64,000 bases of DNA, from contig JBNRSN020000354.1 of the NCBI GenBank assembly GCA_051313645.2, positions 1 through 64,000 of the forward strand, read 5' to 3'. The stretch is from Centroscyllium fabricii (Eukaryota). The translations under genes and the position numbers were made by a program. Every line of letters starts with the position of its first letter. The stretch's first letter is position 1. This document shows, piece after piece, positions 49,246 to 61,577 of the stretch. Under the pieces are notes generated by a model, which saw only the letters and a program-made list of their open reading frames with translations, was not told where the DNA came from and did no database searches.

Positions 49246-49974
49246 CTTCCCGGTGTACAGAGACAGAAAGAATAAAAACACAAGGGGACAAAAATACAAG
49301 AAACAAAATGAAACCAAATCTTGTACCACAGAAAAGACAGTCAAGAAATTCTTCCTCATTTGGACTGTTTGAGCGAATACACATACACGGATAAAGACAC
49401 ACACACACGCAGGAGGAACAGAACACCAAGAACAGCAGCAGCACCAGGATCTGGACGCACAGATGGTGTATCACTAATTCATTCACCATTGAGCTCATTC
49501 GCTATAGCTTCCACCCCTCCTACATGTCGCTTCGAAAACTTGTAATACATTACCTTTCAGTAGCTTCAAAAAAAAAATCACCAATTGATATCTCGGTGAA
49601 TCAGTTAAAATTCAAGACTAAATTAGAGTCTCGAATCATTATATTCCGGGCCAGAGCGAGACCCCAAGCTCCTCGAATCTTGACCCGCCAGGCCAGAGAG
49701 AGCGAGAGGCCTCCATCCCCTCTCTGAAGCCATCGGAACGGAAGAAAATGTGGGCACTCGAGCTGGCAGTGGACTCAAGTCCACCACACAACACAGTTCA
49801 TCCAATTGGCAGACTGAGAAACTGAGCTCAGAAAGGATAGAGGATTACAGTGGGTGGGAGAGGCAACAGTCATGTGGCTGCTGGTGTTCTGCTGCGATTT
49901 ATCATGGGGGGGCGGGTGGATTTTCTCAAGTCAGTTCCAGGTTCTAAATATTTTGAGAGTGCTGGATACCATTA

Positions 49975-50542
49975 CAGGTCGAGCACCGGTAATCCGGCAC
50001 CCGATGGTCTGGCGCCTTCAGTGGTCCGGCGCGATCATTTTGCGGAGCAGCCGCTCGGCGGCGCCACCGTTTCCAGTGAAGGGTGAGCGAGCGCTAAAGG
50101 CGTCGGGTGTTTGGGTTTCTGTTTTTTTAGGGTTTTGTAAGTGTTCTATCCTGGGGAGTGTTCTACCCGCGTGCTCCGGGCCCCGGGGAGTGTTCCGCCC
50201 ACGCGCTCCGGGCCCCGGGGAGGTTTCTGCCCACGCGCTCCGGGCCCCGCGGAGTGTTCTACCCGCGCGCTCTGGGCCCCGCGGAGTGTTCTACCCGCGC
50301 GCTCCGGGCCCCGGGGAGTGTTCTACCCGCGCGCTCCGGGGAGTGTTCTGCCCGCGCGCTCTGGGCCCCGCGGAGTGTTCTACCCGCGCGCTCCGGGCCC
50401 CGCGGAGTGTTCTACCCGCGCGCTCCGGGCCCCAGGGAGTGTACTACCCGCGTGCTCCCCCCGAACCTTCAGTGGTTTGGAATTTTCAGTGGTCCGGCAC
50501 CGACCTGGTCCAGAGGGTGCCGGATTACCGGTGCTCAACCTG
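49975..50542. mobile_element. Tc1/mariner (Tigger-like) MITE with TA TSD and an internal ~32-bp GC-rich tandem repeat (about 50155-50460)
   Basis: TA|CAGGTCGAGCACCGGTAATCCGGCACC ... GGTGCCGGATTACCGGTGCTCAACCTG|TA; repeat unit GAGTGTTCTACCCGCGCGCTCCGGGCCCCGSG. Confidence 0.88.
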
Positions 50543-51987
50543 TATTTGGTGAAAGTGGAATTTCACACTCCTCCCCTATCCTCCGGAGAACTAGAAAGTT
50601 AAGAAAACAGTGAAACACCATTACTTATGCGGCGGAAACACAAACATGCAAATGGCATCACAAAGAAAATATCATGGGCATTAACTATAGGGCACGTGTG
50701 TTCTAGAATATTCTTGAATATGCTCCCCACCCCCACCGCCCCCCCCCCCCAGTTTGCTCTTCCCACTTTTCTCCCCATCTCTCCTGAAGGAAGAGCCATG
50801 CTGGGTGGGTACAAACGGTTCTCCAGTATCTCAGCCTGGATAGTGGACAGTAGAAGAACTCAATCACGAGGGCAATCGTAGCCAAGCCCCATCCTGTTCT
50901 TGTCCACCGAGGGAAGAAACAATCGACAGTGTTGGGTAACAGGTGCATTCTTCTGGAGATTCAGCCCCCGTACAATGTCACTGAAGCACATCCTCAAAAA
51001 GAGAGGGAAACTAAAGTAAAGGCACAACTTCAACAGAGCAACCCGAGGAGCTCACATGGAGAGTATGCCCACAGTTGCCTGCTCATTGCGGTGCTAAATT
51101 CACTCAAAAGGTGCGTCTTCTTAGCCGTGTAGTTTATGTACCTGCTAAAGGCCAAGATTGTATCAAACGTCAGGGAACATTAAATCACAAACCCAAAAGT
51201 CTTCAGTCTTTAAATCAGCATCATAATTGGGTCACATGATAACAGACGGTCAGAGTTCACCCAAACCCATCATTACCTCCAGAAAATGCAAAACAAAATT
51301 AAACGTCACCTAGAAGTGGAGAGATTTCGCTAATGAAGTTACAATTGAAAATGAATTAACTGTCAGCGCACAGGACAGTATTATTAACCTTTATAGCGCA
51401 ATACTCCCGCGACATACCGTTCATAGCCAGGCTGTTGTGACTCTGGTTCGAAGTTTATTGATTGTGCAATCGGGTGAGCAGGATTTGCAGAGAAAGCAGA
51501 CCTCAACCCATTAATTAAAAAAAACACACTTGCACTGAAACCCAATCTGAACGTACATCGCTTTTTTTCCTTCCTCCTTTCCTGGAGGCCAACTCTTGAT
51601 GGAGTATGAGTCAATGGGTGCTGGCACTCCTTTGGTACCTCTTCAATATGGCCATTTGAAATGTGCGAGCCCAATGAGAGGGCCAGGCAGGCTGCAACAA
51701 TCAACGGACAATGGGAAATGCTCAGAGTAACTGGGCCGACTGTATAGGCCTTACCACCAACTCTGCCGAGACCGCTAGAAGCTTATTTGTATAGCTCAGC
51801 TTGACTAACTAGCTAAGCCATTCGGGGGGCTGGCTGGGGGGAGGGGGGGGGGGGGGGGGGGGGGGTGCGTGCAGAGAAAGTGAACAAAAAATACCTTTAA
51901 TACTTGAGAAATTGCTTCTGTGAAACAGGACCAACACTCAGATCAATAACATTCAGTGTGCTGAGCCATTTTAAAAAAATAAAAAAT

Positions 51988-52460
51988 TCTCAGGATGTGG
52001 GTGTCGCTGGCAAGGCCAGTATTTATTGTCTATCCCCAATTGCCCTAGAGAATTACATTGAATATACAGCACAGACACAGGCCATTCGGCCCAACTAGTC
52101 CATGCCGGTGTTTATGCTCCACTCGAGCCTTCTCCAATCCTTCCTCATGTAACTATCAGCATAACCCTCTATTCCCTTCTCCCTCATATCCTTGTCTGGC
52201 TTCCCCTTAAATGCACCTATACTATTTGCCCAGGGAGGGACCGCCAGGATTTTGACCCAGCAACGATGAAAGAACAGCGATATATTTCCAAGTCGGGGAT
52301 GGTGTGTGATTTGGAGGGGAACTTGGAGGTGGTAGTGTTCCCATGCGCCTGCTGCTCTTGTTCTTCTAGGTGGTAGAGGTTGCGGATTTGGGAGGTGCTG
52401 TCGAAGCCGCCTTGGCGAGTCGCTGCAGTGCATCTTGTAGATGGTGCACACTGCAGCCAC
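51988..52460 (-). mobile_element. Nested CR1/L2-clade LINE 3' fragments
   Basis: GATGTGGGTGTCGCTGGCAAGGCCAG tail; AVCTIYKMHCSDSPRRLRQHLPNP; a second CR1 tail at about 52060-52230. Confidence 0.65.
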
Positions 52461-52914
52461 GGTATGCCGGTCTTCCCATCAGGACAGGTATCTGGTGACA
52501 TCACGGAGTTGAAAGCAGCCCAAGCCCGGGAATGTGGGTTAGTAACTGGGTATGCAGCAATTTCCCAGGGCTGGGATGGCTTTGAATCAGCTCCCAGGCT
52601 GGTTTGAAGTGAACTAAAACAAATGGGGCAACTCTGGGAGGCAGATGGCTCCACCAGCTCAGTGATGTCAATGGAGCAGTCAAGCGGGAAGGTCTTCACT
52701 GAGGTAAGAAATGTGATTTTATTTGGGAAAATATGGAGAACTTAAAAAAAAACTTCCTGTGGCATTGTAGACAGAGAATCAAGACCAAATATAGTCTTCA
52801 GGTGAAATGGGGTTAGAGGATGGGGGATAATTGGACCAGCATGCACAGATGTAATTCAAACCCCATTTTAAAAGGCATATATTCTGGTGTTTTAATACAA
52901 TATTTGGATTTTAT

Positions 52915-53682
52915 GGGCAAAGTTTTCATGTCGCCGTGAGGCAGGGTTTTGGGCGGGTCGGACGGCAAAATAGCGGAACCAGTGGGTCCTGACCCCACCC
53001 CCGGATCCCCGCCACTTTTCCATTTTCCGCCGCCCTGTCTCCCCGCCCCGAATCTTTCCCGCCGGCGGGGATGGTTGTTATGCTCATTAAGGGCCCTTAA
53101 TTGACATCTGCAATGTCATTTTAAGGGCCCTTAGCAATTTTCAACTCCTTCTCACCCAAACTCCGCCAGTGAAACCCAGCGGGAGCACAGTGGTCTTGCT
53201 AACTTTCTCCTTCAAGGTGTTGAAGGACCTGGAGCAAAATGCTTCCCAGGCCTTCAGGTGTAAGTGACTCCCTTGGGTGAAGACCAGCTGTGGGGAAAAA
53301 AACTTAAAAATCTTACCTTGCCAGCTCCATTGACAGCCGGTCCCTAGCTGTCAAAGATTTGCAGCCCACCCGCCACCTGTCACTCAGAGCACTTGGCCTT
53401 TCCCATTGGTTGCACTCCACTGTGATGTCACAGTGGAGTGTTTCCATGGGAACTGTAAACACACAGTCCCCGCAGCTGTCTGACAACCTCCTAGAATCCC
53501 GCTTGAGCTCCGTAATTGCCGACTGGACTGAGGCAATTACCAGGGGCACCGCACACACGGCGATTTAATTGCAATTAATGGAAAATAGCGTCGGCTTTCC
53601 AGGCCCTTGGGCGGGCGGGACAGAAACCCGCCCCAACCAATCCCCGCCAGGTTCCCGCACCTCCAGGAAACCCCGCCCCCCC
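52915..53682. mobile_element. Non-autonomous TIR element, inverted homolog of 40491-41283
   Basis: Shares CACTGTGATGTCACAGTGG, GTTTCCATGG, TGTAAGTGACTCCC and AAGGGCCC blocks in reverse orientation. Confidence 0.6.
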
Positions 53683-53889
53683 CTATATTTATAGTTAAGT
53701 GGCAAAGCTTAGGGGAATTTGAGAAGTAGAGTTGGTCGGAGCACAGGAGTTTCTTAGCAGTCCAGGCCTGGGACTTGAAGCTGCAATTGATGGTCAGGAG
53801 TATGGTGGGTTACCATGAGCCTGAGCTGAGGGCTCTCGCAAGAGGCGGCTGAAGAGAAAATAGTCGACTTTCAAAGATTTTAAATTTAC

Positions 53890-54046
53890 CTTTCCCTTGA
53901 GGACAGCTTTAAATGCGATGCGTATAATGAGATATGACCAGATGCCATGTAGAACCTGTAGTGTGAGCAACAGGAAATTGAAGAACCACCAAGACGGGTA
54001 TGGCCCAATGATCTCCCAACTTTCAAACAGTGTTGTGTTTAAAATC
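53890..54046 (-). CDS. CERS5: Ceramide synthase penultimate coding exon (157 nt): [52 protein letters not shown]
   Basis: Acceptor TTTTTCATTTTCAG, donor AAG|GTAAAT. Matches the CERS5/6 TLC-domain end ([19 protein letters not shown]). No upstream exon was found before the window end. Confidence 0.93.
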
Positions 54047-54366
54047 CTGAAAATGAAAAAAAAACACAAATCAACCTTCACTTTTGTAAACCCTTTCCAA
54101 CTGACGAGGCTAATAGTTACAAGTACTTACAAGTCTTTGTAAGCATTTGACTTTTTAAAGGAGTGTAAAACTGTCAGGATCCCTTTTGTCACATTAAAAG
54201 GGGGAAAGTGTGTGCAGAGGGGGGGAATTTTCAAACATCGTTAACCACTTTATTTTTAAAAAACGTCAATGTTATTATTTCCAGGAGACCCTGGAGAGCT
54301 GCTCTGGACTGACCTAATGCCAGGAAAGCACATTGCAGGCTAGAAAATCAGCACCGCCAACCTGTA

Positions 54367-55658
54367 GGGCAGAATTTTCCTCAAGGTGCGGGAACCTGGC
54401 GGGTTTTGGGCGGGTCACGTTTCTGACCTGCCCACTCAAGGGCCTGGGAGGCCAACGTAATTTTGCCTCAAGTGGCCAATTAAATCCCCGCCTGTCAGAG
54501 CCTTTTTGAATACACACCTTTCAGTCAGAAAGCGTGGGGCGTGCTTCCAGTTTGTGAACCACCGGCGGGCCTTTGATTGACAGGCCTGAAGTGTTTCTAT
54601 GCTGCGATTCATAATGCAGTATCAATAGCTCAGAAATCACAAAGCTTGATTGACAGTTGTGAAGTGGTTGTTTTCTTTCTCTGTTTTCACAGCATTATTT
54701 TTTTTTTTTTAATTCATTGATGGGATGTGGGCGTCGCTGGCTGGCTAGGCCTGCATTTAGTGCCCATCCCTAATTGCCCTTGAGAAGATGGTGGTGAGCC
54801 GCCTTCTTGAACCGCTGCAGTCCATATGGTGTAGGTACACCCACAATGTTGCGTAGCGGTTGTTTACAACTGAGTGGCTTGCTAGGCCATTTCAGAGGGC
54901 ATGAAGAGTCAACCACATTGCTGTGGGTCTGGAGTCACATGTAGGCCAGGCCAGGTAAGGACGGCAGATTTCCTTCCCTAAAGGTCATTAGTGAACCAGA
55001 TGGGTTTTTGCAACAATCAACAATGGTATCATGGTCGCCATTACCAAGACTAACATTTAATTCCAGAATTTTGATGTCATAATACTTTGTAAACAGATGA
55101 AACCACAAATTTAAGAGTGACAACTTTAAGTAGGCTGGCTGTTTGTGGTTTCATTGGAATGTAAACAGAAACGGATCCCCTGGGTGATTGACAGCTTGTT
55201 TCACAGACACAGCTCGCACCGCGACATCTGTGAATGATTGGGACGCATCTGCATGTAAGTGATTTTAAGTTCTTTGGGCACTGAGGTTTGGCACCCTTGG
55301 GTGCCAGCTGCACCTCCAGCATGGTGGAGGATAGCAAGCTGCTGTACCCATGCCTTGAAGGTGGCAGCCGATTGGGTGCCCGCCAGCTTTCAACGGCGGT
55401 GTTCCCACCAGGCGGGTTTTGGGTGGAAGATGGTGAAAGTTGCAAGGGGCCCTTAAAATGACATTACCGATGCCAATTAAGGGTCCCTAATGAGCTTAAT
55501 GAGCATCCCCGCCGATGCCAGGCGGGACAGTCGGTCCCGCTGGGTGAAACTGACAAGTGGGCAGGAAATGGACGGGAGGGGCCGCGGACCCCGCTTTTGC
55601 GATTTTCGTTGCAGTCCCACCCAAAAACCCGCCCCACGGCCCGATGAAAATTCTGTCC
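54367..55658. mobile_element. Related TIR element with a SINE/LINE-tail insertion (about 54695-55075, - strand)
   Basis: TIRs GGGCAGAATTTTC / GAAAATTCTGTCC. The nested repeat starts at the poly-T run followed by GATGTGGGCGTCGCTGG. Confidence 0.6.
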
Positions 55659-55899
55659 ATAGTGTCGTTCCCAGTGCTAGCTGGGCAGCTCCATAGCAGC
55701 CCAGAGACTCAATTGAAGCTCACACTAATTGTCTGTAATGGAGCCATTCCAGGACACACAGGAATGAACCCAAGAATGAACCCAAGAATGGATGTCACCA
55801 GAGTGGCCCTAATTAGGACCAGAGGCCCTATGCAAGGATCTTCATAGCATTGAAGTTTTTTTCTTAAATATAAAAAATACCTGGTAAGATCATCATTTT

Positions 55900-56110
55900 A
55901 AATAAGAACAGAAAATGCTGGAAATACTCAGCCGGTCAGGCAGCATCCGTAGAGAGAGAAACAGAGTTAACGTTTCAGGTCGATGACCTTTGATCAGAAC
56001 GTTCTGATGAAAGATCATCGACCTGGTTAACTCTGTTTCGCTCTCTCTACAGATGCTGCCTGACCTGCTGAGTATTTCCAGCATCCACAGTATTTTGCTT
56101 TTGTGAGAGT
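55900..56110. mobile_element. Fold-back Penelope-terminus element with 8-bp TSD
   Basis: Near-perfect palindrome centred on AACGTT (about 55998-56003). TSD ATCATTTT at 55892-55899 and 56111-56118. Each arm has a degenerate hammerhead core. Confidence 0.85.
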
Positions 56111-56287
56111 ATCATTTTGTTCCCCTTTGAGGACTAGGATTTTGCATAACAGGCCATTCAACTCTTGAAAGTTGGATCTTTTCCAGGAATAAACAGGACA
56201 TCAGAGAGGTTTACAGAGAATAATTCAAAGTGTTGGCATATTCATGTTACAATATTCATGTTACAATGCAGTCAAACCCCACCAACA

Positions 56288-57410
56288 CAGAAACATAGAA
56301 GATAGGAGCAGGAGTCGGCCATTCGGCCCCTCGAGCCTGCTCCGCCATTTAATGAGATCATGGCTGATCATCTAAATTCAGTACCCTGTCCCTGTCCCTG
56401 CCCTCTCCCCATATCCCTTGATCCCTTTAGCCTTAAGAAATATATCCAACTCCTTCTTGAATATATTTAATGAATTGGCCTCTACGGCCTTCTGTGGTAG
56501 AGAATTCCACAGGTTCACCAATCTCTGGGTGAAGAAATTCCTCCTCATCTCAGTCCTAAATGGCTTACCCCTTATCCTTAGACTGTGACCCCTGGTTCTG
56601 GACTCCCCGACCATCGGGAACATCCTTCCTGCATCCAGTCTGTCTAAAAATAACAGAAAATGCTGGAAAAACTCAGCAGGCCAGGCAGCATCGGTGGAGA
56701 GAGAAAGATAGAGTCAAGGTTTTGGGTTAGGACCCTTTGTCAAGACTAAAGCAAGGAAATGAAACAGGTGAGAAGGCCGGGGGAGCTGGGAGGGAACAAA
56801 AGGGAAGAGAAAACAAAAAAGAGAAAACAAAAGAGAAAAGACATTATGAGGTATTCAAAATGAGACGCGATGCTGATGGGACTGTAGACAGGAGACAGTT
56901 ATAGATTAGGTGTGAAAAGCACTGGCAGAATGGGAGGCGGCTGCCATGTGGGAGAGAGAAAAAAAGCGAAGGGGACCAAATAAAAGGTGTGGATAAAAAT
57001 ATGTAAAAATATAATGGGGGCCGAAGTTACGATCTGAAATTGTTGAACTCGATATCGAGTCCGGAGGGCTGTAAAGTGCCTAATCGGAAGATGAGGTGTT
57101 GTTCCTCGAGTTTACGCTGAGCTTCCGAGGAGCAATGTAATAGGCCAAGGACAGAGAGATCAGAGTGGGAGTGAAACAGAGAATTAATCTGTCTCGTCCG
57201 GTTAGAATTTTATAAGTTTCAATGAGATCCCCTCTCATTCTTCTAAACTCCAGCAAGTATAAGCCTAATCGACCCAAGCTCTCCTCATACATCATTCCTG
57301 CCATCCCAGGTATCAGTCTGGTGAATCTTCGCTGCACACTCTCCATGGCAAGAACATCCTCCCTCAGATAAGGCGACCAAAACTGCACACAATACTCGAG
57401 GTGCGGTCTC
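56288..57410 (-). mobile_element. CR1 3' fragment interrupted by a Penelope fragment
   Basis: RPHLEYCVQFWSPYL..GDLIETYKILTG (57195-57410) continues as MFPMVGESRTRGHSL (56378-56645). Confidence 0.9.
56646..57187 (-). mobile_element. Penelope 3' fragment with 7-bp TSD, near-identical inverted copy of about 48150-48680
   Basis: TSD TCTGTCT at 56639-56645 and 57188-57194; shared long identical stretches such as CATTTCCTTGCTTTAGTCTTGACAAAGGGTCCTAACCC. Confidence 0.88.
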
Positions 57411-57734
57411 AACCTAAACACTATACAACCAAACCATTGGAACTAGAAGCATCCCGATCATTGGATCGCTCCGTTAAAAAGGTGCTGCTGCAGCCAGGTT
57501 CAACTGTTCCAGGGGATACACAACATAACCATCAGTCCAAGAGACCGACAATCCCAAAATTCAGTCGTAACCTGTTGGAGGTTAATCTCCAAAGCACCAG
57601 ATTGGAGTAACAGAACTCCGAGGCACAAATATTATGTTAGCACTTTACAGAATGTGCAGCTCCTTCACGGCAAAGCCAGATTAATTGGAACTATTACTGT
57701 ACTTTAAAAAGGCTGGTTTTAAAGTAGATTACCA

Positions 57735-59436
57735 GGAATTAAACACATACTTTGGTTCTGTCTTCACAAAGGAGGACACAAATAACCTCCCAGAGATGTC
57801 AGGGAACATAGGGTCTGATGAAAGGGAGGAACTGAATGAAATCAGTATTTGTAGGGAAATGGTGTTCGGGAAATTGATGGGATTGAAGGCCGATAAATCT
57901 CCAGGGCCTGATAATCTACATCTTAGGGTACTTAAGGAAGTGGCCCTAGAAATAGTAGATGCATTGCTGGTCATCTTCCAAAATTCTATAGACTCTGGCA
58001 CAGTACCCATGGATTGGAGGGTATCTAATGTAACCCCACTATTTAAAAAAGGTGGTAGAGAGAAAATGGGGAATTATAGACCGGTAAGCCTGACATCTTA
58101 CCATGTGGGGAGAATGCTAGAGTCCATTATAAAAGATGTAATAGCAGAGCAGTTGTAAAATAGTGACAGAATCGGACAATGTCAACATGGATTTACAAAA
58201 GGTAAATCGTGCTTGACTAATCTACTGGAATTTTTTGGGATGTAACTGGTAAAATAGATAAGGGAGAACCAGTGGATGTGGTGTATTTGGATTGTCAGAA
58301 GGCTTTCGATAAGGTCCCACATAAGAGATTAGCATGTAAAGTTAAGGCACATGGGATTGGGGGCAAGGTATTGACTTGGATAGAGAACTGGTTGGCAGAC
58401 AGAAAGCAAAGAGTTGGAATAAACGGCTCTTTCTCCGAGTGGCAGGCAGTGACTAGTGGGGTACCGCAGGGATCGGTCCTAGGACCCCAGCTATTCACAA
58501 TATATATTAATGATCTAGACGAGGGAACTAGATGTAATATCTCCAAGTTTGAGATGACACAAAGCTGGGTGGGCATGTGTGCTGTGAGGAGGATGCGGAG
58601 AAACTCCGGTATGATTTGGACAGGTTGGGTAATTGGGCAGAAGCGTGGCATGTGGATAAATGCGAGGTTATCCACTTTGGTGTCAAAAACAGGAAGGCAG
58701 ATTATTATCTGAATGGCAATAGATTGGGAGAAGGGGAAGTGCAACAAGACCTGGGTGTCCTTGTGCACCAGTCACTGAAGGTAAGCATGCAGGTGCAGCA
58801 GGCGGTTAAGAAGGCAAATGGCATGTTGTCCTTTGTAGCGAGAGGGTTCGAGTACAGGAACAGGGATGTCTTGCTGCAGTTGTACAGGGCCTTGGTGAGA
58901 CCACACCTTGAGTACTGTGTGCAGTTTTGGTCGCCTTATCTATGGAAGGATGTTCTTGCCATGGAGGGAATGACTTATGAGGAGAGACTGGGTCGATTGG
59001 GCTTATACTCGCTGGAGTTTAGAAGAATGAGAGGGGATCTCATTGAAACTTATAAAATTCTAACAGGACTAGACAGACTAGATGCAGGAAGGATGTTCCC
59101 GATGGCCAGGGAGTCCAGAACCAGGGGTCACAGTCTAAGAATAAGGGTTAAGCCATTTAAGACTGAGATCCTGCTCCTATCTTCTATGTTTCTATGAGGA
59201 GGAATTTCTTCACCCAGAGAGTGGTGAACCTGTGGAATTCTCTACCACAGAAGGCAGTTGAGGCCAAATCATTAAATATATTCAAGAAGGAGTTAGATAT
59301 ATTTCTTAAGGCTCAAGGGCTATGGAGAGAAGGCAGGGACAGGGTACTGAAATTGAATGATCAGCCATGATCTCATTAAATGGCGGAGCAGGCTGGAGGG
59401 GCCGAATGGCCTGCTCCTATCCTCTATGTTTCTATG
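57735..59436 (+). mobile_element. CR1 LINE RT region plus 3' UTR, disrupted
   Basis: [58 protein letters not shown]. Confidence 0.95.
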
Positions 59437-60204
59437 AATCCCACTCATTTTGGTCCAAGTTCCCCTCTAAGTCACACATCACCCTAACTTAACATATATA
59501 GTCGTTCCTTCATAGTCACGAGGTCAATATCCTGAATTTGCTACCCAACACCATCATGGGGCACCATCATTACAACGATTGCAGTGGTTCAAGGCAGTAG
59601 CCCACCACGCCATTCCAGAGCAACTAGGGATGGGTAGTAAGTACGGTGTTGAGCAGTATTGCCCACCTCCCCGAGGGCAAATATACAGTAGTAAACAATG
59701 AATAGGCTTTCTTTAGGTCAAAATGGAAATCCTCGCCTTGGAATGGGATCCTGGAGTCACCAGTCAGTGAACAGTTAAAAAGTGCCAGACAGGCGAACAA
59801 CGTGTCCTCATGAATTCGGATGGTACACTTTGTCTGGCTAATGATTTTCTGGCGAGGTCACCAGTTTTTTTGTAGTAAACAGAGCACTGTACGTAATAAA
59901 GTAGACTGTGGTGACGTTCTGTTAGGCTGTCATAGGACAGCAGTCAATAGCTTGTTTATAGGAGAAATAATATCATGCAGCACAGTGATCCATGTGCTTA
60001 AGAAAAGGTTAATTTTGACCTTTGCCCCATGGGTTCAATGTGCAGGAACAAGCTGTGAAATGGTCGCTTACATAGTGCTGAAATCCACAAAATGGTTTCC
60101 ACTCCAGTGCAAGCTACGTACCTCCAACTTATGGTACAATTTTGTAAACCATTCAAAACACAGTGAATGGGCCAAGATGAAACACTGAAGTCTCCTTCGA
60201 AAAA

Positions 60205-60607
60205 GAGAACATAGACATAGACATAGAAGATAGGAGCAGGAATAGGCCATTCGGCCCTTCGAGCCTGCTCCACCATTCAATGAGATCATGGCTGATCATC
60301 CAAACCCAGTACCCTGGCCCTGCCTTCTCCCCATATCCCTCGATCCCCACCGAGCCTGCACCGACACCTATCCCCGTAACCCCACATATTTAATCCCCCT
60401 GACACTAAGGGTCAATTTATCCTGGCCAATCAACCTAACTCGCACATCTTTGGACTGTGGGAGGAAACCGGAGCACCCGGAGGAAACCCACGCAGACACG
60501 GGGAGAATGTGCAAACTCCACACAGATAATACCCGATGCCGGATTTGAACCCGGGTCTCCAGTGCTGAGACACAGCAGTGCTAACCACTGTGCCACCGTG
60601 CCGCCCT
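60205..60607 (-). mobile_element. HE1-type V-SINE (tRNA head, V domain, CR1-derived tail)
   Basis: GGCGGCACGGTGGCACAGTGGTTAGCACTGCTG..GGGTTCAAATCC..TGTGTGGAGTTTGCACATTCTCCCCGTGTCTGCGTGGGTTTCCTCCGGGTGCTCCGGTTTCCTCCCACAGTCCAAAGATGTGC. Confidence 0.88.
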
Positions 60608-61577
60608 CGATTTCGTATGGTATACAGCACGAGAATAGGGATGCTGGACTCATTAAACAGCACATAAAACACAAAATGAATAATGAAAAATCAATTTGGA
60701 AAACAAAATCAAAAAGCCTGAAGAGAATTTTATTTTCTCCATTCTTCAACAGCGCAATCTGCCATCAAGGTCCTGCTAAAGCTGTCATGTGGCTACTGAT
60801 TAGGGGGTGGTGCTGGAAGGACCTAGCATAATTCACCTGCCTTATTCCTCGTGAGGAATTGCCTCACCTCATACCTCCCTCGGATGAGCAGTCTGAGAAG
60901 AGGAGCTTGCCGCGTGGCCAATTGAGAGTTGAACCCACACCGTGCCTCTCCTCATGCAACGTGTCACCATTCAATACAGCAGTGAAGATTTACAGCAGTC
61001 TATAATTCTGGGATGCATTCCATTTCATTTGCTGCGATGGAAATCACTTTCTACCCAACGGTTACACAGCTTCCTTTTTAAGAGTAGGCTGCATTGGGGG
61101 TTGGGGCTGGGGGCGGTGGGAAGAGATGAGTTGGTACGAGGCCAAGTTAACCGTACCAGCAACCCTTAAGCCTCAGGCCTCCCATCCCCATCCTACTGCA
61201 CTACATGCAATATCAACAGGACATTTCAGAATAACACAGAACTTGAAACTTACACTGGTGAATGAAGTATCTGAAATGCATGGTGCACATTCTTTCTCCC
61301 TCTTTACTTGCAGGGAATCAATGAGCCATTGTTTGGGTGACATTTACTTGGCCATTTCCTTCCTTGCATCCCTCTGGATTGTTAACGTGAATATACATAA
61401 GCAGGCCAGAGTTATTTTTACAGATACTAAACAATGCCTGTGGGTAGAGTGTTTTGACACCCACACCAATGAACTATTAAACTATACAATCCAAGGCCTT
61501 CCTGCTTGTGGGTAGATAGATGGTACATGCCAGTTTCCAGTCCCAAATTCTGAATGAAGCTCTGACTCAAACACATT

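Noticed and set aside
49039-49498. 121-aa and 147-aa hydrophobic ORFs on the - strand
   Set aside because: They reflect U/G-rich intronic sequence; only the small splice-flanked units are supported.
49854-50613. Overlapping Arg/Pro/Gly-rich ORFs
   Set aside because: Translation of the GC-rich tandem repeat inside a MITE.
51830-51866. Long poly-G tracts (also 41829-41856) as G-quadruplexes
   Set aside because: Simple homopolymers of uncertain assembled length, with no further support.
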